DNA of 60,554 bases, counting the filler. It is 6 parts of 6 records of this genome, joined end to end, with 100 filler letters (N's around TTAATTAATTAA, not from the genome) between each part and the next. Parts side by side here need not be neighbours in the genome. Positions count along the whole stretch, not along the records: positions 51,796 to 60,554 come from DRR723986_3072; 5 more parts are not named here. One strand, given 5' to 3'. This document shows positions 59,220 through 60,554 of this stretch, piece after piece (position 1 is the stretch's first letter; every line of letters begins with the position of its first letter). The notes below the pieces were generated by a model that saw nothing but the letters and a program-made list of their open reading frames with translations, was not told the DNA's origin and did not search any database. The translations under genes were made by a program, and so were the position numbers.

Positions 59220-60095
59220 TCACGCGGCCTTTTTCATCACCGGAGCGAGCCACTTCCGTTTGGCTTTCTCCACCAAATCACGGGCATCGTGATTCCATGG
59301 ATGAAAGCCGGGGCTGTAGTACTTGAAGTAAGAGGGCAGGAGTTTGCGGAATACACCTGGCTTGCCCCACATGTAGTTGAGACCGTTCGCCCAGGATTTC
59401 AGATTGAACAACTGGCCGTCCTCTTTCATCAGTTGAATCAGATGAATACCGCTGGAGACTGGAAACAGCACGCTCACCACCATCATCTCCGACAACCGGA
59501 CAAACTCGCTGCCTCCGATGGTCTTATACACGTCGAACGCCACCGCTTTGTGCTCGGATTCCTCAATCGCGTGCCAGGCCCAGATGGGGGCCATACGCGG
59601 GTCCATCTCTTCCAGGGCGTCATATTTCAGGAGGAATTCCTCTGCCATCAGTGCCGTGAAATGCTCCACCGCCACCGTATGGGCCAATTGGCGCTCCGGG
59701 CTCAGGCGCTTACGCAGCACATTCATCAGCCACAGCACCTCGCGCTCAAGGCGTTTGAGGTTGATGCCGCGCGCCTGCATGTATCCGTTCAGGGCCTCGT
59801 GCTCTTTTGAGTGGTGCGCCTCCTGGCCGATGAACGCTCGCACCGCCGCCTTCAGTTCCGGGTCTGTAATCTCTTTCTGGTAATGGCGCACTGAGTCGAT
59901 AAAAAACCGCTCACCGGGCGGAAAGCTCGCCGACAAGGCCGCCAGCAACAGCGTTTTGGCCGGATCACTATCCCACCAGTACTTGGGCACGTCTTCCGCC
60001 AGATCAAAATCCGGCTGACGGACTTCGGGAAGGGGCGCCTTGGTCTTGAGAGGCGGCGGGGGTTGAGTACCGGCTATGGTTGTTCTGGCGTTCAT
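59220..60095 (-). CDS. Predicted metal-dependent hydrolase (ferritin-like, PF10118-type)
   Basis: FPPGERFF, QEAHHSKEH, VEHFTA, WHAIEESEHKAV, PGFHPW. Confidence 0.85.
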   Translation of the reverse strand: MNARTTIAGTQPPPPLKTKAPLPEVRQPDFDLAEDVPKYWWDSDPAKTLLLAALSASFPPGERFFIDSVRHYQKEITDPELKAAVRAFIGQEAHHSKEHEALNGYMQARGINLKRLEREVLWLMNVLRKRLSPERQLAHTVAVEHFTALMAEEFLLKYDALEEMDPRMAPIWAWHAIEESEHKAVAFDVYKTIGGSEFVRLSEMMVVSVLFPVSSGIHLIQLMKEDGQLFNLKSWANGLNYMWGKPGVFRKLLPSYFKYYSPGFHPWNHDARDLVEKAKRKWLAPVMKKAA

Positions 60096-60188
60096 TTCAG
60101 GACTCCGGAGCTGATGTCTGACAATCCATCATACGGGGGCCGGGTCCGGCGCTGGAACAGCAAAAGAGGACAGGATGACGCAGCAAAA

Positions 60189-60208
60189 TACTGTATAAAT
60201 ATACACTA
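60189..60208. promoter_or_regulatory. Degenerate LexA (SOS) box
   Basis: TACTGTATAAATATACACTA versus consensus TACTG(TA)5CAGTA. Confidence 0.6.
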
Positions 60209-60276
60209 TTCGTGATAAGCTGCGATTTCATTAACGGTCTTACCAACCATCATTACCCCGGAGGCGATGGCATACC

Positions 60277-60554
60277 ATGGGCGTAAAAGCACTCTACTAT
60301 TCCGAGAGGGACGGACTGGACATGGCACTGAAAAACCCGGACAAAATGTTGTTTTCGTCCAAAGCAGAAGCCGATGCCCGAGACAAGGTTCTTGAACTGT
60401 CCGAAGAGATTACCACCTTCCTGCAACGTAAGGTCGGCGGCCTGTCTGAAGAGCTGGCAGAACAGTGCGCCCTGGCCATTGCGGAAGAAAAAGAATTGTT
60501 CACCAAGGCACTGAAAAAGCCGGAACTGCTGAACGAAACCGTCGAGGCCGAGTA
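60277..60554 (+). CDS. yebG: YebG-family DNA damage-inducible protein, 3' truncated
   Basis: Hand translation MGVKALYYSERDG...MLFSSKAEADARDKVLELSE matches the YebG pattern F.SK.EADAYDKML. Confidence 0.72.
   Translation, partial: MGVKALYYSERDGLDMALKNPDKMLFSSKAEADARDKVLELSEEITTFLQRKVGGLSEELAEQCALAIAEEKELFTKALKKPELLNETVEAE

Noticed and set aside
1..60554. CRISPR arrays, IS elements, prophage, tRNA or rRNA genes
   Set aside because: No regularly spaced repeats, transposase/integrase motifs or structural RNA signatures found by eye

Overview
The window is not one locus. It is six unrelated bacterial fragments joined by identical 100-nt artificial spacers (44 N + TTAATTAATTAA + 44 N). A (1-9659) and B (9760-15369) are the same Rhodobacteraceae-type locus from two different genomes, in opposite orientation: ETF-QO, a variable slot, TPR, ispE, ispB, DUF2007, tRNA methyltransferase. 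A continues with DUF465, a GcvA-like LysR, phaB and phaA. C (15470-21991, Rhodobacteraceae-like) has trcR, RNase T2, uxaC-uxuB, an M20 amidohydrolase, a LysR and a hydantoinase/oxoprolinase start. D (22092-42245, Roseobacter-like) has a Mn/Zn ABC transporter with Mur/Fur boxes, deoC-ALDH16, two M16 peptidases, lspA, purH, rsmB, dapB, rbfA, truB, rpsO and the pnp start. E (42346-51695) and F (51796-60554) look gammaproteobacterial (Marinobacter/Pseudomonas-like). E has smc, GntR, a GGDEF protein, rluB, scpAB, trpS and sucD. F has a beta-helix lipoprotein with a membrane AraC, a headless Ada, radD and yebG. No CRISPR array, IS, rRNA or tRNA was seen. Most genes are housekeeping. The best leads are the membrane-AraC/exported-protein modules, the eukaryote-like DERA + ALDH16 operon, an unlisted 57-aa Cys-motif membrane protein, the conserved leaderless DUF2007-methyltransferase unit, and an Ada without its sensor domain. 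Taxonomy and family calls come from motif recognition only; no searches were run.
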